From: Chloroflexota bacterium
GTDB taxonomy: Bacteria > Chloroflexota > Dormibacteria > Dormibacterales > Dormibacteraceae
Length of the DNA stretch: 64,000 bases
Direction of reading: 5' to 3'
Assembly: GCA_005880795.1 (NCBI GenBank)
Contig: VBGP01000022.1
Location: 17,347-81,346 of the forward strand
Shown here: piece after piece, positions 45,080-54,140 of the stretch
Numbering within the stretch: position 1 is the stretch's first letter
Layout of the letters: the number at the start of each line of letters is the position of its first letter
The notes under the pieces: model-generated
Told to the model about the DNA's origin: nothing
Database searches by the model: none
What the model saw: only the letters and a program-made list of their open reading frames with translations
Position numbers and translations under genes: made by a program

Positions 45080-46447
45080 ATGGCGAGCGTAACCAGGATC
45101 CCCAAATTCGGTGGCGAGCTCATCCTCCCCGGCGACGACGCGTACGACCGGAGCCGAGCCGTGTGGAACGGCGTGGTCGACCGGCGCCCAGCCGCGATTC
45201 TTCGCTGTGCCTCCACCGAGGACGTAGTCGCAGCGGTGCGTTTCGCCCGCGAATCCAACCTCGAGATCGCCGTGAAATGCGGCGGTCACAGCGTGCTCGG
45301 CCTTTCCGTGCCCAACGGCGGGATCATGATCGACCTTTCCCCCATGAGCGACGTTCGTGTCGACCCGGCGGAGCGCAAGGCATGGGTGGGCGGCGGCTCG
45401 CTCCTGCGCAACCTTGACGTGGCCGCCGAGAGGCACGGACTCGCCACGACGGCAGGCAACGTCTCGCACACAGGCGTCGGCGGGCTGACCCTTGGCGGCG
45501 GAATGGGCTGGCTTGCCCGACAGTTCGGGCTCTCCTGCGACAACGTCGACGCTTACACCGTCGTGACCGCCGATGGGCGCATCGCGCGCGCATCTGAATC
45601 GGAAAACCCGGACCTCTTCTGGGGCCTGCGCGGCGGAGGCGGCAACTTCGGCATTGTGACCGAGTTCGAGTTCCGCCTCCACCCGGTCAGCGGGCGTGCG
45701 CTCCAGGTGGACCTCGTCTTCGATCCCGCCAACGCACGCGACGCGCTGCGCGGCTGGCGTGAGCTGCTCCCTCACGCACCCCGGGCGGCGACCCTGACCG
45801 CGACCGCGACGACGGCTGGGGATCTACCTGTCCTCAGCCTCGGCTACATCTGGGTCGGCGACATCGAGGAAGGGCTCGGGTATCTATCGACGATCCGCGA
45901 GCTCGGCACGCCGACGAGCGAGCGCGTCAAGGAGATGAGCTACGTTGAGCTCCAGTCCATGAGCGACGACCCGAATGGCCATGGCCGCCGCCGCTACTCC
46001 AAAGGGCACTACCTGACCGAGCTCAGCGACGGCGCGATCGATGCGTTCTTGGCGCGCGGTCTACGCGCGAACGCTAGTGATCCCGACTGGTCGCGCCTAC
46101 CGAACGGCGGGTTCCAGGCCTACGGTGGCGCGATCGCCGACGTAAGGGACGACGATGCCGCCTTCAGCCACCGCCGAACGCTAGTCGAGTTTGGTTGTGC
46201 GATAAGTTGGACGGATCCCGAGGAGGATGACTCACGCATCTCGTCTGCTCGGGCCTATGGCGCGGCGCTCGAGCCGTTCGCGACGGGTGTCTATGTCAAC
46301 GCCCTCGGCGATGAGGGCCAGGAGGGTGTGCGCCGGGCCTACTCGGAGGGCAAGCTCGCAAGGCTGGCGGACCTCAAGCGCACGTACGACCCGGACAACG
46401 CGTTCCACCTGAACCAGAACATCCAACCGGCTGTCTCGTCGACGTAA
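45080..46447 (+). CDS. FAD-binding oxidoreductase (PCMH-type FAD_binding_4 with BBE-like C-terminus)
   Basis: Contains AVKCGGHS, LTLGGGMGWL, WGLRGGGGNFGIVTEFEF and a C-terminal YDPDNAFHLNQNI. ATG at 45080 lies 7 nt after AAGGAGG. Confidence 0.9.
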   Translation: MASVTRIPKFGGELILPGDDAYDRSRAVWNGVVDRRPAAILRCASTEDVVAAVRFARESNLEIAVKCGGHSVLGLSVPNGGIMIDLSPMSDVRVDPAERKAWVGGGSLLRNLDVAAERHGLATTAGNVSHTGVGGLTLGGGMGWLARQFGLSCDNVDAYTVVTADGRIARASESENPDLFWGLRGGGGNFGIVTEFEFRLHPVSGRALQVDLVFDPANARDALRGWRELLPHAPRAATLTATATTAGDLPVLSLGYIWVGDIEEGLGYLSTIRELGTPTSERVKEMSYVELQSMSDDPNGHGRRRYSKGHYLTELSDGAIDAFLARGLRANASDPDWSRLPNGGFQAYGGAIADVRDDDAAFSHRRTLVEFGCAISWTDPEEDDSRISSARAYGAALEPFATGVYVNALGDEGQEGVRRAYSEGKLARLADLKRTYDPDNAFHLNQNIQPAVSST

Positions 46448-46514
46448 GACGCGATTGGTGGGCCGGGAGGGGTCTCGGCCAACTCCCAACAAGCCCCGAA
46501 TTCGAGTTTGACCT

Positions 46515-49394
46515 ATGCCCCGGGGCGTAGAGGGGACCGCTTACCGACTGGATGGCTTGGCGCGGTGTAAGGTTCGTCGGCAGGCGTTTGACCAAGTGAG
46601 CGTGGCCGAAGAGATCTTCGGGAGGGACCATGAGCTCGCGCGAGTGCGAAGCTTCATCGGTGCCATAGCAGGCGGTCCGCGAACCCTGTTGTTCGAGGGC
46701 GAGGCCGGCATCGGCAAGAGCACCATCTTGACCTGGGCGATTGCGGAGGCGACTGCGCAATCCTGCCAGGTGCTCGAGTGCCGTCCGGGCGAGTGGGAGC
46801 GCGGGCTCTCGTTCGCCGCACTGGGGGATCTGTTGCGGGGGGACCTGGAAGTCCTGCTCACGACGCTTCCTCAGCCCCAGCGACGAGCTCTTGAAGTCGC
46901 CCTCCTGCGTGAGGAGGCCACGGGTCCGGCCATCGATGCGCGTGCCGTCGCCTACTCGCTGATCAGCATCCTCAAGCGGATTGCGCTGTCAGGACCGGTC
47001 TTGATCGCGATCGATGACGCTCATTGGGTCGACGTCGCATCGAGCCGGGCGCTGGCATTTGCCCTGCGCCGTTTGCGAACCGAGGCGATCGGGATCCTCG
47101 CAACGATGAGAACACCCGATAGCGGCAGAGTCCCGCTGACGCTGGATTTGAACCTAGCTGCCGACCGCTACGAGCGCCTGCGCTTACAGCCTCTCAGCCT
47201 CGGCTCGCTGCACCACGTCTTGCGATCGAGATTGGGGACAAGCCTCCCGTTTTCTCTGACACGCCGGCTGCATGACGCGTCGGGTGGCAATCCGCTGTTC
47301 GCACTCGAGATCGCCCGTGGTCTCATTGCCGACGACGTCGCCGACGGGCAGGGCACGAGCCTGACGATCCCGTCCAGTCTCAAGGTGACTATCGAGGCAC
47401 GGCTGGCTCGACTGCCCCGACGCGCCCGCGATGTCCTCTTGGCGGTCGCTGCGTTGTCACAACCAACGATTCCATTGGTGACCGCGGCTGCTGACCGCCC
47501 GGAGCTCGTCGACCAAGACCTCGACCGAGCTGCGACCGCGGGGATAATCCAAATGGATTCCGAGCGCATCCGTTTCTCGCATCCGCTTCTCGGCGCAGTC
47601 CACTACGCCGCGGCGCCGGCAGGTCAGCGGCGACGTTTGCATCGGCGGCTCGCTGGTCTGGTCACCGACATTGAAGAGCGCGCCTGGCATCTTGCCCACG
47701 GGACTACCGGTAAGGACCGCGAGGTTACGAGCGCGCTGGAGCAAGCCGCCGGCAGCGCTCGGACCCGGGGAGCTCCTTCGTCGGCCGCGGAGCTCTGGGA
47801 GGAGGCGTCCCGCCATGCACCAGCTGACCGGCGCGAAGACCTCTGGCAAGACCGTGGCGAGGCCGCAATGTGCCATTACCTCGCCGGCAACGTCGACCGG
47901 GCTCGGGAACTGTGGGAGAGCGTCGTAGTGGAGGCACCGGCGGGGCCGCTCCGCGCGGCGGCGCGCTGGCGCCTCGTCGAATTTCGTCACTCCAACCTGG
48001 ACACTGCCCAGCAGGTCGAGGCCGCAGCTCAAGCACTTACGGAGGCGGGGCCGGACGAAGGATTGCAGGCCATAATCCACCACACACTCGCCAACACGCT
48101 GGCGTGGGGCGGGGAGGTCAACAGGGCTCAGCCGCACGCCGCGATCGCCCTCGAGATTGCCGAGCGCCACGGCGACCCGCTGGTACTCGCGATGGCGCTC
48201 GTGGCCGTCGCCTGGGTTGAATTCTTCAGTGGACGTGGGATCCCAAGAGAAATCGCGGCGCGAGCCGTGGCTCTTGAGGCGGCGACGAGCGTGCTGCCCC
48301 TGGAGAACAGTCCCCGCTACCTGCTTGTTTTGATGGCCACTCTGATTGGCGAAGACCCGGATGCTTGCCGGCGTGAACTCGCAGACCTCGGGCGCCTCGC
48401 CGATCAATCGGGCTACGACGTGTCCCTCCCTTTGCTGCTGTATGCGATGAGCGGAGTGGAGCTGAGGGCAGGGCAGTGGGATGCTGCCGCACGCTACGCG
48501 GAGATGTGCCAGGAAGCCGCGGCGACAACAGAGCAGGACTTTCGGGTGCCGCTAGGGCTCTGTGCGTCGGCGATGGTTGCCGCGCGTCGCGGGCTGCTCG
48601 GTCCTGCGCGCGCCAAGGCGAAGGAGGCGCTCTTGCTGGCGACTCGCTCCGGACCCTGGTACGTCGAGGCCTGCATTCGTGCCGTCCTGGGTTTCATCGA
48701 GGTCTCGGCCGATGACCCTCACGCCGCATACGGCTGGCTCGCCCCCATCATTGAGCGTGAGGAGGCGGGCGGATACGCCGAGCCGACCGCGGTACACCAC
48801 CTGCCCGACGCGATCGAGGCACTCATCATCACCGGCGATTTAGATCGCGCCGCTGTGCTCGTCGGGCGGCTGGAGCAGCGGGGTCGAGCGCTCGATCGCG
48901 CGTGGGCGCTGGCCACCGGAGCTCGCTGCCGGGGGCTCCTGGCAGCGGCTGCGGGCGACCTCGAGACATCCCAGGCAGCCCTGAGGCTTGCCCTCGCCGA
49001 GCACCAACGCCTCCCCGACCCATTCGAGCTCGCTCGAACGTTTCTCGCCCTGGGCGGCGTTCAGCGGCGAGCGCGCCAGAAGCGACCCGCGGCGCACTCG
49101 CTGGAGCGAGCCGCCTCACTCTTCGAGGCGTTGGGCGCCGCAGTTTGGACGGCCAGGGCGCGAGCTGAGCTCGACCGCACCGGCGTGCACAGACCGGGTC
49201 GCCACATGCTCACGCCGACCGAGGAGCGAGTAGCCGAGCTGGTCGGATCTGGCCTGACCAACAAGGAGATTGCGGGCAATCTCTTCGTAAGCGTCAAGAC
49301 CGTCGAAGCCTGTCTCACCAGGATCTACGCGAAACTCGCTGTCCGCTCGCGTACCGAGCTGGCGCTGAAGATGACCTCGACCCCGCCGGCCTGA
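46515..49394 (+). CDS. Large ATP-binding LuxR-family regulator (LAL/AAA_16 - TPR-like - LuxR HTH)
   Basis: Contains FGRDHELARVRSF and Walker A GEAGIGKST, followed by a long helical repeat region. C-terminus has LTPTEERVAELVGSGLTNKEIAGNLFVSVKTVEACLTRIY. The exact start is uncertain. Confidence 0.9.
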   Translation: MPRGVEGTAYRLDGLARCKVRRQAFDQVSVAEEIFGRDHELARVRSFIGAIAGGPRTLLFEGEAGIGKSTILTWAIAEATAQSCQVLECRPGEWERGLSFAALGDLLRGDLEVLLTTLPQPQRRALEVALLREEATGPAIDARAVAYSLISILKRIALSGPVLIAIDDAHWVDVASSRALAFALRRLRTEAIGILATMRTPDSGRVPLTLDLNLAADRYERLRLQPLSLGSLHHVLRSRLGTSLPFSLTRRLHDASGGNPLFALEIARGLIADDVADGQGTSLTIPSSLKVTIEARLARLPRRARDVLLAVAALSQPTIPLVTAAADRPELVDQDLDRAATAGIIQMDSERIRFSHPLLGAVHYAAAPAGQRRRLHRRLAGLVTDIEERAWHLAHGTTGKDREVTSALEQAAGSARTRGAPSSAAELWEEASRHAPADRREDLWQDRGEAAMCHYLAGNVDRARELWESVVVEAPAGPLRAAARWRLVEFRHSNLDTAQQVEAAAQALTEAGPDEGLQAIIHHTLANTLAWGGEVNRAQPHAAIALEIAERHGDPLVLAMALVAVAWVEFFSGRGIPREIAARAVALEAATSVLPLENSPRYLLVLMATLIGEDPDACRRELADLGRLADQSGYDVSLPLLLYAMSGVELRAGQWDAAARYAEMCQEAAATTEQDFRVPLGLCASAMVAARRGLLGPARAKAKEALLLATRSGPWYVEACIRAVLGFIEVSADDPHAAYGWLAPIIEREEAGGYAEPTAVHHLPDAIEALIITGDLDRAAVLVGRLEQRGRALDRAWALATGARCRGLLAAAAGDLETSQAALRLALAEHQRLPDPFELARTFLALGGVQRRARQKRPAAHSLERAASLFEALGAAVWTARARAELDRTGVHRPGRHMLTPTEERVAELVGSGLTNKEIAGNLFVSVKTVEACLTRIYAKLAVRSRTELALKMTSTPPA

Positions 49395-49457
49395 CCGGCA
49401 GAGATATAGGGATTCCTCGCTTTCGTGCTGGAGCCCTGACGCTCAAGCTCACCTCCG

Positions 49458-49745
49458 ATGGCCAGGTTCATGTGCGAGAGCTATCCGATCGGCATCGAAC
49501 GGAACCAGCTGGCGGCGACAGTCGACAACGCGCGAGAGATCGCCGCCGAGATGCGGGCTGCGGGAGTTCTAGTGAACTTGTTGAGCTCTACCTTCGTCCC
49601 CGCGGATGACGCCTTGTTCTGCGTCGTCGAAGCACCGTCGGATGCGGAGGTCATCTCGCTCGGCAAGCGGTCGGGCCTGCAGTTCGCGCACGTAGTCGAG
49701 GCCTTCGATGTGAGCACGGAGGCTCAGACGTCAAGAAGGGAGTGA
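49458..49745 (+). CDS. DUF4242-like small protein (paralog of 42350-42622)
   Basis: MARFMCES...LFCVVEAPSDAEVISLGK aligns with MARFMVER...TFCIYDAPTPEAIRKAAK. Confidence 0.6.
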   Translation: MARFMCESYPIGIERNQLAATVDNAREIAAEMRAAGVLVNLLSSTFVPADDALFCVVEAPSDAEVISLGKRSGLQFAHVVEAFDVSTEAQTSRRE

Positions 49746-51190
49746 AAGGAAAAATGGAGAGGTCCAGTCGTTTTGTGTTTAGGCGTAGGTTTGGCCGATT
49801 GGCCGCAGCCGTGCTGCCGGCCCTGGTCCTGCTTCCGACGGCGATCACGCAAGTACGAGCGGACCTACCTCCGCCGGGTCCCGGTTGTAGCGTGCAGTCG
49901 TCGTGTCCGACGATTATCGCCGCCATACAACGGCGTGACTTCGGCCATCCGATCGGCGGCGGCCTTGACGACGCTGTGTCAGCAACCACCGTCCTGCGCG
50001 GCTCGCGTGAGTGGACGCTCTCGATGCGAGCCCAGAACCCCCCCAGCGGTGGCTTCACCGGCGCGCAAATTACGGTGGCGAGCAGTGGGCCGAACCTCGC
50101 TGCACTCGGTGTGTCCGGCGACCTCGATGGATCCCCGGCCACATGTACGGCTACCGCAAGCACTGCCGGCTGTATGTCGCCAGGCCCTCTGGCCGACCAG
50201 TCGACGCTGGAGATGGGGACTCTAAGCGACGTCAGCTTCCCCGGGTACACGACCGGTTTCGATTCGTCCCGGCACATGACGGGCCTCGCGGACGGGACCG
50301 ACCGACTTGATGTAACGGTAAACCTCGACGATCCGCGTTACGCGAATGGCGGTCTCGTCCAGGTCTTCATCGCCGGCTTCGGAGATGGAGGGCGGATGAT
50401 CGCCGACGCGGGCCACCCGCAGACAGTCCGGGACGGCGGGAGCTCGGTTCCAGGCTGCCCGCAGGGACCGCAAGCGACCTGCTTCAACTCCGGGATCGAC
50501 ACAGGCATCCCGTGCCCGGGCGACGGCTTCGGCCTCCGCAACGCGCAGCCCGGCCACATCTACACCTTCACCACCTACCTGAGCCCCACACCCGTCTGCA
50601 ACGGCCTCGTCAAGCCACGGATCCTGATCGCCGTAACCCCGCACACCTTGGCGTCGCCCCCAGATCCGTCATCGACGCCCACGACTTCGACTTCCATCTC
50701 CGACCCCACGCTGGGCACTGTGACCTTCTCGACCAATGAGCCGGCTCAGTACCTGCAGCGGCCCGGCGTGCTTTACCTGCTCGCCTACCCGCCCCTGATC
50801 GCGGCCTTTCCGGCTTCCGGCGCCTTCGTCGTCGGCGACGGCAGCTCGTCTCTGAATTCCCAGGTGACATTCTGGAGCAGCCAGTGGAGTGCGCCAAACA
50901 GTCTCAGCTCAGGGCCAGCGCCTGCAGCGTTCAAGGGCTTCGCAAACGGCTTCACCCCCAACTGCGGAACGACTTTTTCGGCGGGCCCAGGCAACAGCAG
51001 CTCGCCGCCCGCCGCCCTCCCCGCGGATGCTGCAACGCTCGTCACAAACTCTTTGACAGAGACTGCTGGAGGCTCGTTTTCAGGGACGGTCACCAGCATT
51101 GTCGTGGTCCGCACCGATGCCGGCTATGGGCCTGACCCAGGTCATCCCGGAACCGGCGAGGTAGTGGGCGTGATCTGCACGAGCGGCTGA
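49742..51190 (+). CDS. Secreted hypothetical protein (Cys-, Gly-, Pro- and Ser-rich)
   Basis: The start overlaps the preceding stop (GTGA). Signal-like segment RLAAAVLPALVLLPTAITQVRA. No family recognised. Confidence 0.65.
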   Translation: MKGKMERSSRFVFRRRFGRLAAAVLPALVLLPTAITQVRADLPPPGPGCSVQSSCPTIIAAIQRRDFGHPIGGGLDDAVSATTVLRGSREWTLSMRAQNPPSGGFTGAQITVASSGPNLAALGVSGDLDGSPATCTATASTAGCMSPGPLADQSTLEMGTLSDVSFPGYTTGFDSSRHMTGLADGTDRLDVTVNLDDPRYANGGLVQVFIAGFGDGGRMIADAGHPQTVRDGGSSVPGCPQGPQATCFNSGIDTGIPCPGDGFGLRNAQPGHIYTFTTYLSPTPVCNGLVKPRILIAVTPHTLASPPDPSSTPTTSTSISDPTLGTVTFSTNEPAQYLQRPGVLYLLAYPPLIAAFPASGAFVVGDGSSSLNSQVTFWSSQWSAPNSLSSGPAPAAFKGFANGFTPNCGTTFSAGPGNSSSPPAALPADAATLVTNSLTETAGGSFSGTVTSIVVVRTDAGYGPDPGHPGTGEVVGVICTSG

Positions 51191-51206
51191 CGCCATTGGG
51201 CGTCAG
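51187..51206 (+). terminator. Hairpin at the stop of the secreted-protein gene (CTGACGCC-ATTG-GGCGTCAG)
   Basis: Perfect 8-bp stem with a 4-nt loop, read directly. There is no U-tract, so terminator function is tentative. Confidence 0.4.
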
Positions 51207-51368
51207 CAGACCGGCGGGCGCGCCGTTGCCGTCGCGGCGCGTCCGCCATAGATGCCATGAGGGACCGCCCGGCATTTATCCGCTCGCAGTCGGCGCGGCC
51301 GCCTGCAACTGAAAACACGAAAGAAAACCCGGTCCCACCCGACCCAGGGCTCGAAAACACGTTGCATC

Positions 51369-51391
51369 TAAAAGGCCTCTCCAAAAGAGGC
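51369..51391 (-). terminator. Rho-independent terminator downstream of tRNA-Tyr
   Basis: On the minus strand: GCCTCT-TTTGG-AGAGGC followed by CTTTTA. Confidence 0.6.
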
Positions 51392-51397
51392 TACGTA

Positions 51398-51431
51398 GTG
51401 GTGGGCCGGGAGGAGTGGTGGGCCGGGAGGG
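51398..51431. repeat. Tandem 17-bp duplication of the tRNA-Tyr 3' end
   Basis: GTGGTGGGCCGGGAGGA (51398-51414) is immediately followed by GTGGTGGGCCGGGAGGG (51415-51431). The second copy is the acceptor/T-stem 3' strand of the tRNA. Confidence 0.85.
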
Positions 51432-51498
51432 ATTTGAACCCCCACAGCTTTCGCGGGTGGTTTACAGCCACTTGAGCTCGCCAATGCCCAGCCGACCC
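51416..51498 (-). tRNA. tRNA-Tyr: tRNA-Tyr (anticodon GTA), class II with long variable arm, CCA encoded
   Basis: Hand fold: acceptor GGGTCGG/CCGGCCC, D stem GGGC/GCTC, anticodon loop CTGTAAA, 12-nt variable arm, T arm GGGGG-TTCAAAT-CCCTC, discriminator A, then CCA. There is one A:C mismatch at the top of the anticodon stem. Confidence 0.85.
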
Positions 51499-51579
51499 AC
51501 AGAAGAGCAGTAATCGTACGCAATCAGGTCCGGGCACCTCGCGACTGGCTCCCCGCAGGCCAACCTCATAATTCGACCC

Positions 51580-52896
51580 GTGACGCGAAGCCCGCGAGGC
51601 TATGCCCGGTACGTCCTCGTCGTCATGGTCGGCATCAACTTCCTCAACTACATGGACCGCTGGGTCGCATCCTCGGCCGCGACCCCTATCGAGAAGGAGT
51701 TCCACCTCAACGATGCACAGTTCGGCCTGATCGGCACCGCCTTTCTCCTCGTCTACGCCGTGGCCGCACTCCCCTTCGGGTATTGGGGCGACCGCGGCGT
51801 GCGCAAGACCGTCATCGGGGTCGGCGTCACGATCTGGAGTCTTGCCACCCTCTTCACGGGCTTTGCGCGCAGCTATTTCCACTTATTCCTCAGCCGCGCG
51901 ATCGTGGGCGTCGGCGAGGCGAGCTACTACCCCGCCGGCACCTCGCTCATGTCCGACTTCTTCCCCAAAGAACAGCGAGGGCGTGTCATGGCGATCTGGA
52001 ACGGCGGCAGCACGATTGGAATCGCGGTCGGTTTTGCGGGGGGCGCGTACATCGCTGAGAAGTTCGGCTGGCGGACCGCCTTTTACTTCGCCGCGATCCC
52101 AGGTCTCCTCTTCGCGGTGCTCGCCTTTGCGTTCAGAGAGCCGCTCAGGGGTAGCGCCGAAAAGCAGGGGCCGGCTGTGCGCAAGACGAACGACATCAAC
52201 CTGCGGAAGTTCGTCGACCTCATTCGGATCCCGACGCTTCGCGCCACGATCATCGCCCAGACACTCCTCTTCTTCGTGCTCGCCTCCAACGCGTTCTGGC
52301 TGCCGACGGTCCTGCAGCGGCACTTCGGGTTGACCCAGAGCAAGGCCGGAGTGCTCGCCGGCGGCGTGATCGTTGCCGGCGGTTTGATCGGCACGCTGGC
52401 CGGTGGCTGGCTCGCCGACCGCCGCGCCCTCACGCGCCCCACCGCTCCGCTCGAGGTCGGGATCGCCGGCTTTCTGCTGGGCGCAGTCCTCATCACAATC
52501 GCGCTGGTGAGCCCCATGAACATCGGGCCGATCCCGGTCTTCGTTCCAGTCTTCCTGTTGACGGTGATCTGCCTTTACCTCTACGCCGGCCCGTTCACCG
52601 CCCTCTCCCAGAACGTCGTGTCACCCGGATTGCGCGCCAGCGCGGTCACCATGACCCTGCTCGTCGCCCACGTCCTGGGCGATTCGCACTCCACGTTTGA
52701 CGTCGGCAAGATCTCCGACCTGTTGGGCGGCAACCTCCAGGGCGCGCTGCTGATCACCAGCCCGACGCTGCTCGTCCTCGCTGCCATCGCTGCCGCGACG
52801 GGCCTGCCCACGGTCAAGCGCGACACGCAGGCGATGGAGTCGGAGTGGGCGGCGAGGTCGGCGGAACCGCAGCCGGAGCCAGCGCTTAGTAGATAA
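51580..52896 (+). CDS. MFS transporter (Spinster-like)
   Basis: Contains INFLNYMDRWV and GYWGDRGVRK. 12 TM helices. GTG start. Confidence 0.88.
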   Translation: MTRSPRGYARYVLVVMVGINFLNYMDRWVASSAATPIEKEFHLNDAQFGLIGTAFLLVYAVAALPFGYWGDRGVRKTVIGVGVTIWSLATLFTGFARSYFHLFLSRAIVGVGEASYYPAGTSLMSDFFPKEQRGRVMAIWNGGSTIGIAVGFAGGAYIAEKFGWRTAFYFAAIPGLLFAVLAFAFREPLRGSAEKQGPAVRKTNDINLRKFVDLIRIPTLRATIIAQTLLFFVLASNAFWLPTVLQRHFGLTQSKAGVLAGGVIVAGGLIGTLAGGWLADRRALTRPTAPLEVGIAGFLLGAVLITIALVSPMNIGPIPVFVPVFLLTVICLYLYAGPFTALSQNVVSPGLRASAVTMTLLVAHVLGDSHSTFDVGKISDLLGGNLQGALLITSPTLLVLAAIAAATGLPTVKRDTQAMESEWAARSAEPQPEPALSR

Positions 52897-53839
52897 AGCC
52901 GACCAGTCTGGTCCCGAGCTGGCCCGGCTTGATCGTGCGCTGGTCGATCACACCGAACGCAACCCAGTTCATCTCAGAGACCATCCACGAGCCGTCTGGA
53001 TTTACCGCCTCCACGTACGCGACGTGTCCGGCCCAGCTCTCCCACGTGACCATGATCGAGCCGACCTTCGGCGTCGACCCGACGGCGTAGCCCTGGGCGG
53101 CCGCGTTGGCGTACCAGTAGCCGGCGTCGCCGTTCCAGGTCACGTTGCGCCAGGTCGCCACGTAGTAGGTGCACCACCCGCCTGGGAACTTGTTGTTCAC
53201 GTATGGGCCCAGGCAGCACCCGACCACGTGGTACTGGTAGCCCGACGGCGATCCGCTGTGCACGATCTGGTACAGCGGTGGAGGAGGCGGGAACGCGCCA
53301 CCGACACCACCGGGGATGACGATGGTCATTCCGGAGCTCAGCTGCGAGGTGCGCAGGCGGTTGAAGTCGATGATGGCCTGCGGATCCACCTTATACGTGG
53401 AGCCCAGGGCATCGACGGTATCGCTCGCCTTTGCGGTGATGACGATCCCATGGACCGGCGGGACGACGATCTGATCGCCCGTCGCCACGGAGTCGTTCGA
53501 GATCAAGTTGCTGTTCGACCACCGGATCTCGGCCACCGTCACGTGGTACCTGGTCGCGATCGTGGTCAGGTTCTCGCCCGCCGCCACTGTGTACACAACT
53601 GGTGTGTGGCTGATTGGCGCGGACGTGGGGATCGACACCGGCTTGATGATCGTGCTGTAGCGGCCCAGCGTCACGTCGCCGTACTCGCCGCCCTCCGCGA
53701 CCATCACCGCTTCCGCGTTCACCGGGCCCAACCGTGCCGTCAGCGCTGTCGAGTAATGGCGGTCAATGGCCGCATAGCTCGACATCGCTACCGCTATTCC
53801 GAGTACGACGGCATGGGTCAGGTAACGATTAACTCGCAA
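52886..53839 (-). CDS. Peptidoglycan hydrolase with two LysM domains and a C-terminal CHAP domain
   Basis: LysM 1 is YTVAAGENLTTIATRYHVTVAEIRWSN. LysM 2 is ITAKASDTVDALGSTYKVDPQAIIDFN. CHAP domain has GGWCTYYVATW...AGHVAYVEAV. N-terminal membrane anchor. Confidence 0.88.
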   Translation of the reverse strand: MRVNRYLTHAVVLGIAVAMSSYAAIDRHYSTALTARLGPVNAEAVMVAEGGEYGDVTLGRYSTIIKPVSIPTSAPISHTPVVYTVAAGENLTTIATRYHVTVAEIRWSNSNLISNDSVATGDQIVVPPVHGIVITAKASDTVDALGSTYKVDPQAIIDFNRLRTSQLSSGMTIVIPGGVGGAFPPPPPLYQIVHSGSPSGYQYHVVGCCLGPYVNNKFPGGWCTYYVATWRNVTWNGDAGYWYANAAAQGYAVGSTPKVGSIMVTWESWAGHVAYVEAVNPDGSWMVSEMNWVAFGVIDQRTIKPGQLGTRLVGFIY

Positions 53840-54140
53840 TGCCTACCCCTAAATTAGTGAACTCGGCCGGCGGTGGACGAGTCCCCCAGAAGACCCAGCC
53901 ACCCTAACAGACCTTTGTCGGGCCGGTCAACCCCGAACGGCTACTTATCGGAAGCGGGACCGGCGCCATCCAGCCACCCGACCCGAACTCAATCCGAAGC
54001 AGAGGGCTTGGCCGCCAAAGGCCCCGACGCCGAACACTAGTTCGCCCGCCGAAGCGTCGCCTGACCTGCCCGAGTAGCCGGTTCATTAACAACGCTCAAC
54101 GCGGTTCGAGCCCGCTCCTTGCTGGCCCGTGCTTGGACGG

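Noticed and set aside
49458-51498. Genomic island integrated at tRNA-Tyr
   Set aside because: Apart from the 17-bp duplicated tRNA end, there is no integrase, no excisionase, no mobility gene and no distant second att copy in the window. The neighbouring genes have the same GC-rich style as the rest of the window.
53840-54140. Firm call of a cyclic-di-AMP (ydaO) riboswitch
   Set aside because: The genomic context fits, but I could not find the conserved cores (for example CAGCUAACCUCGUA) by eye. It is kept only as a hypothesis in the findings.
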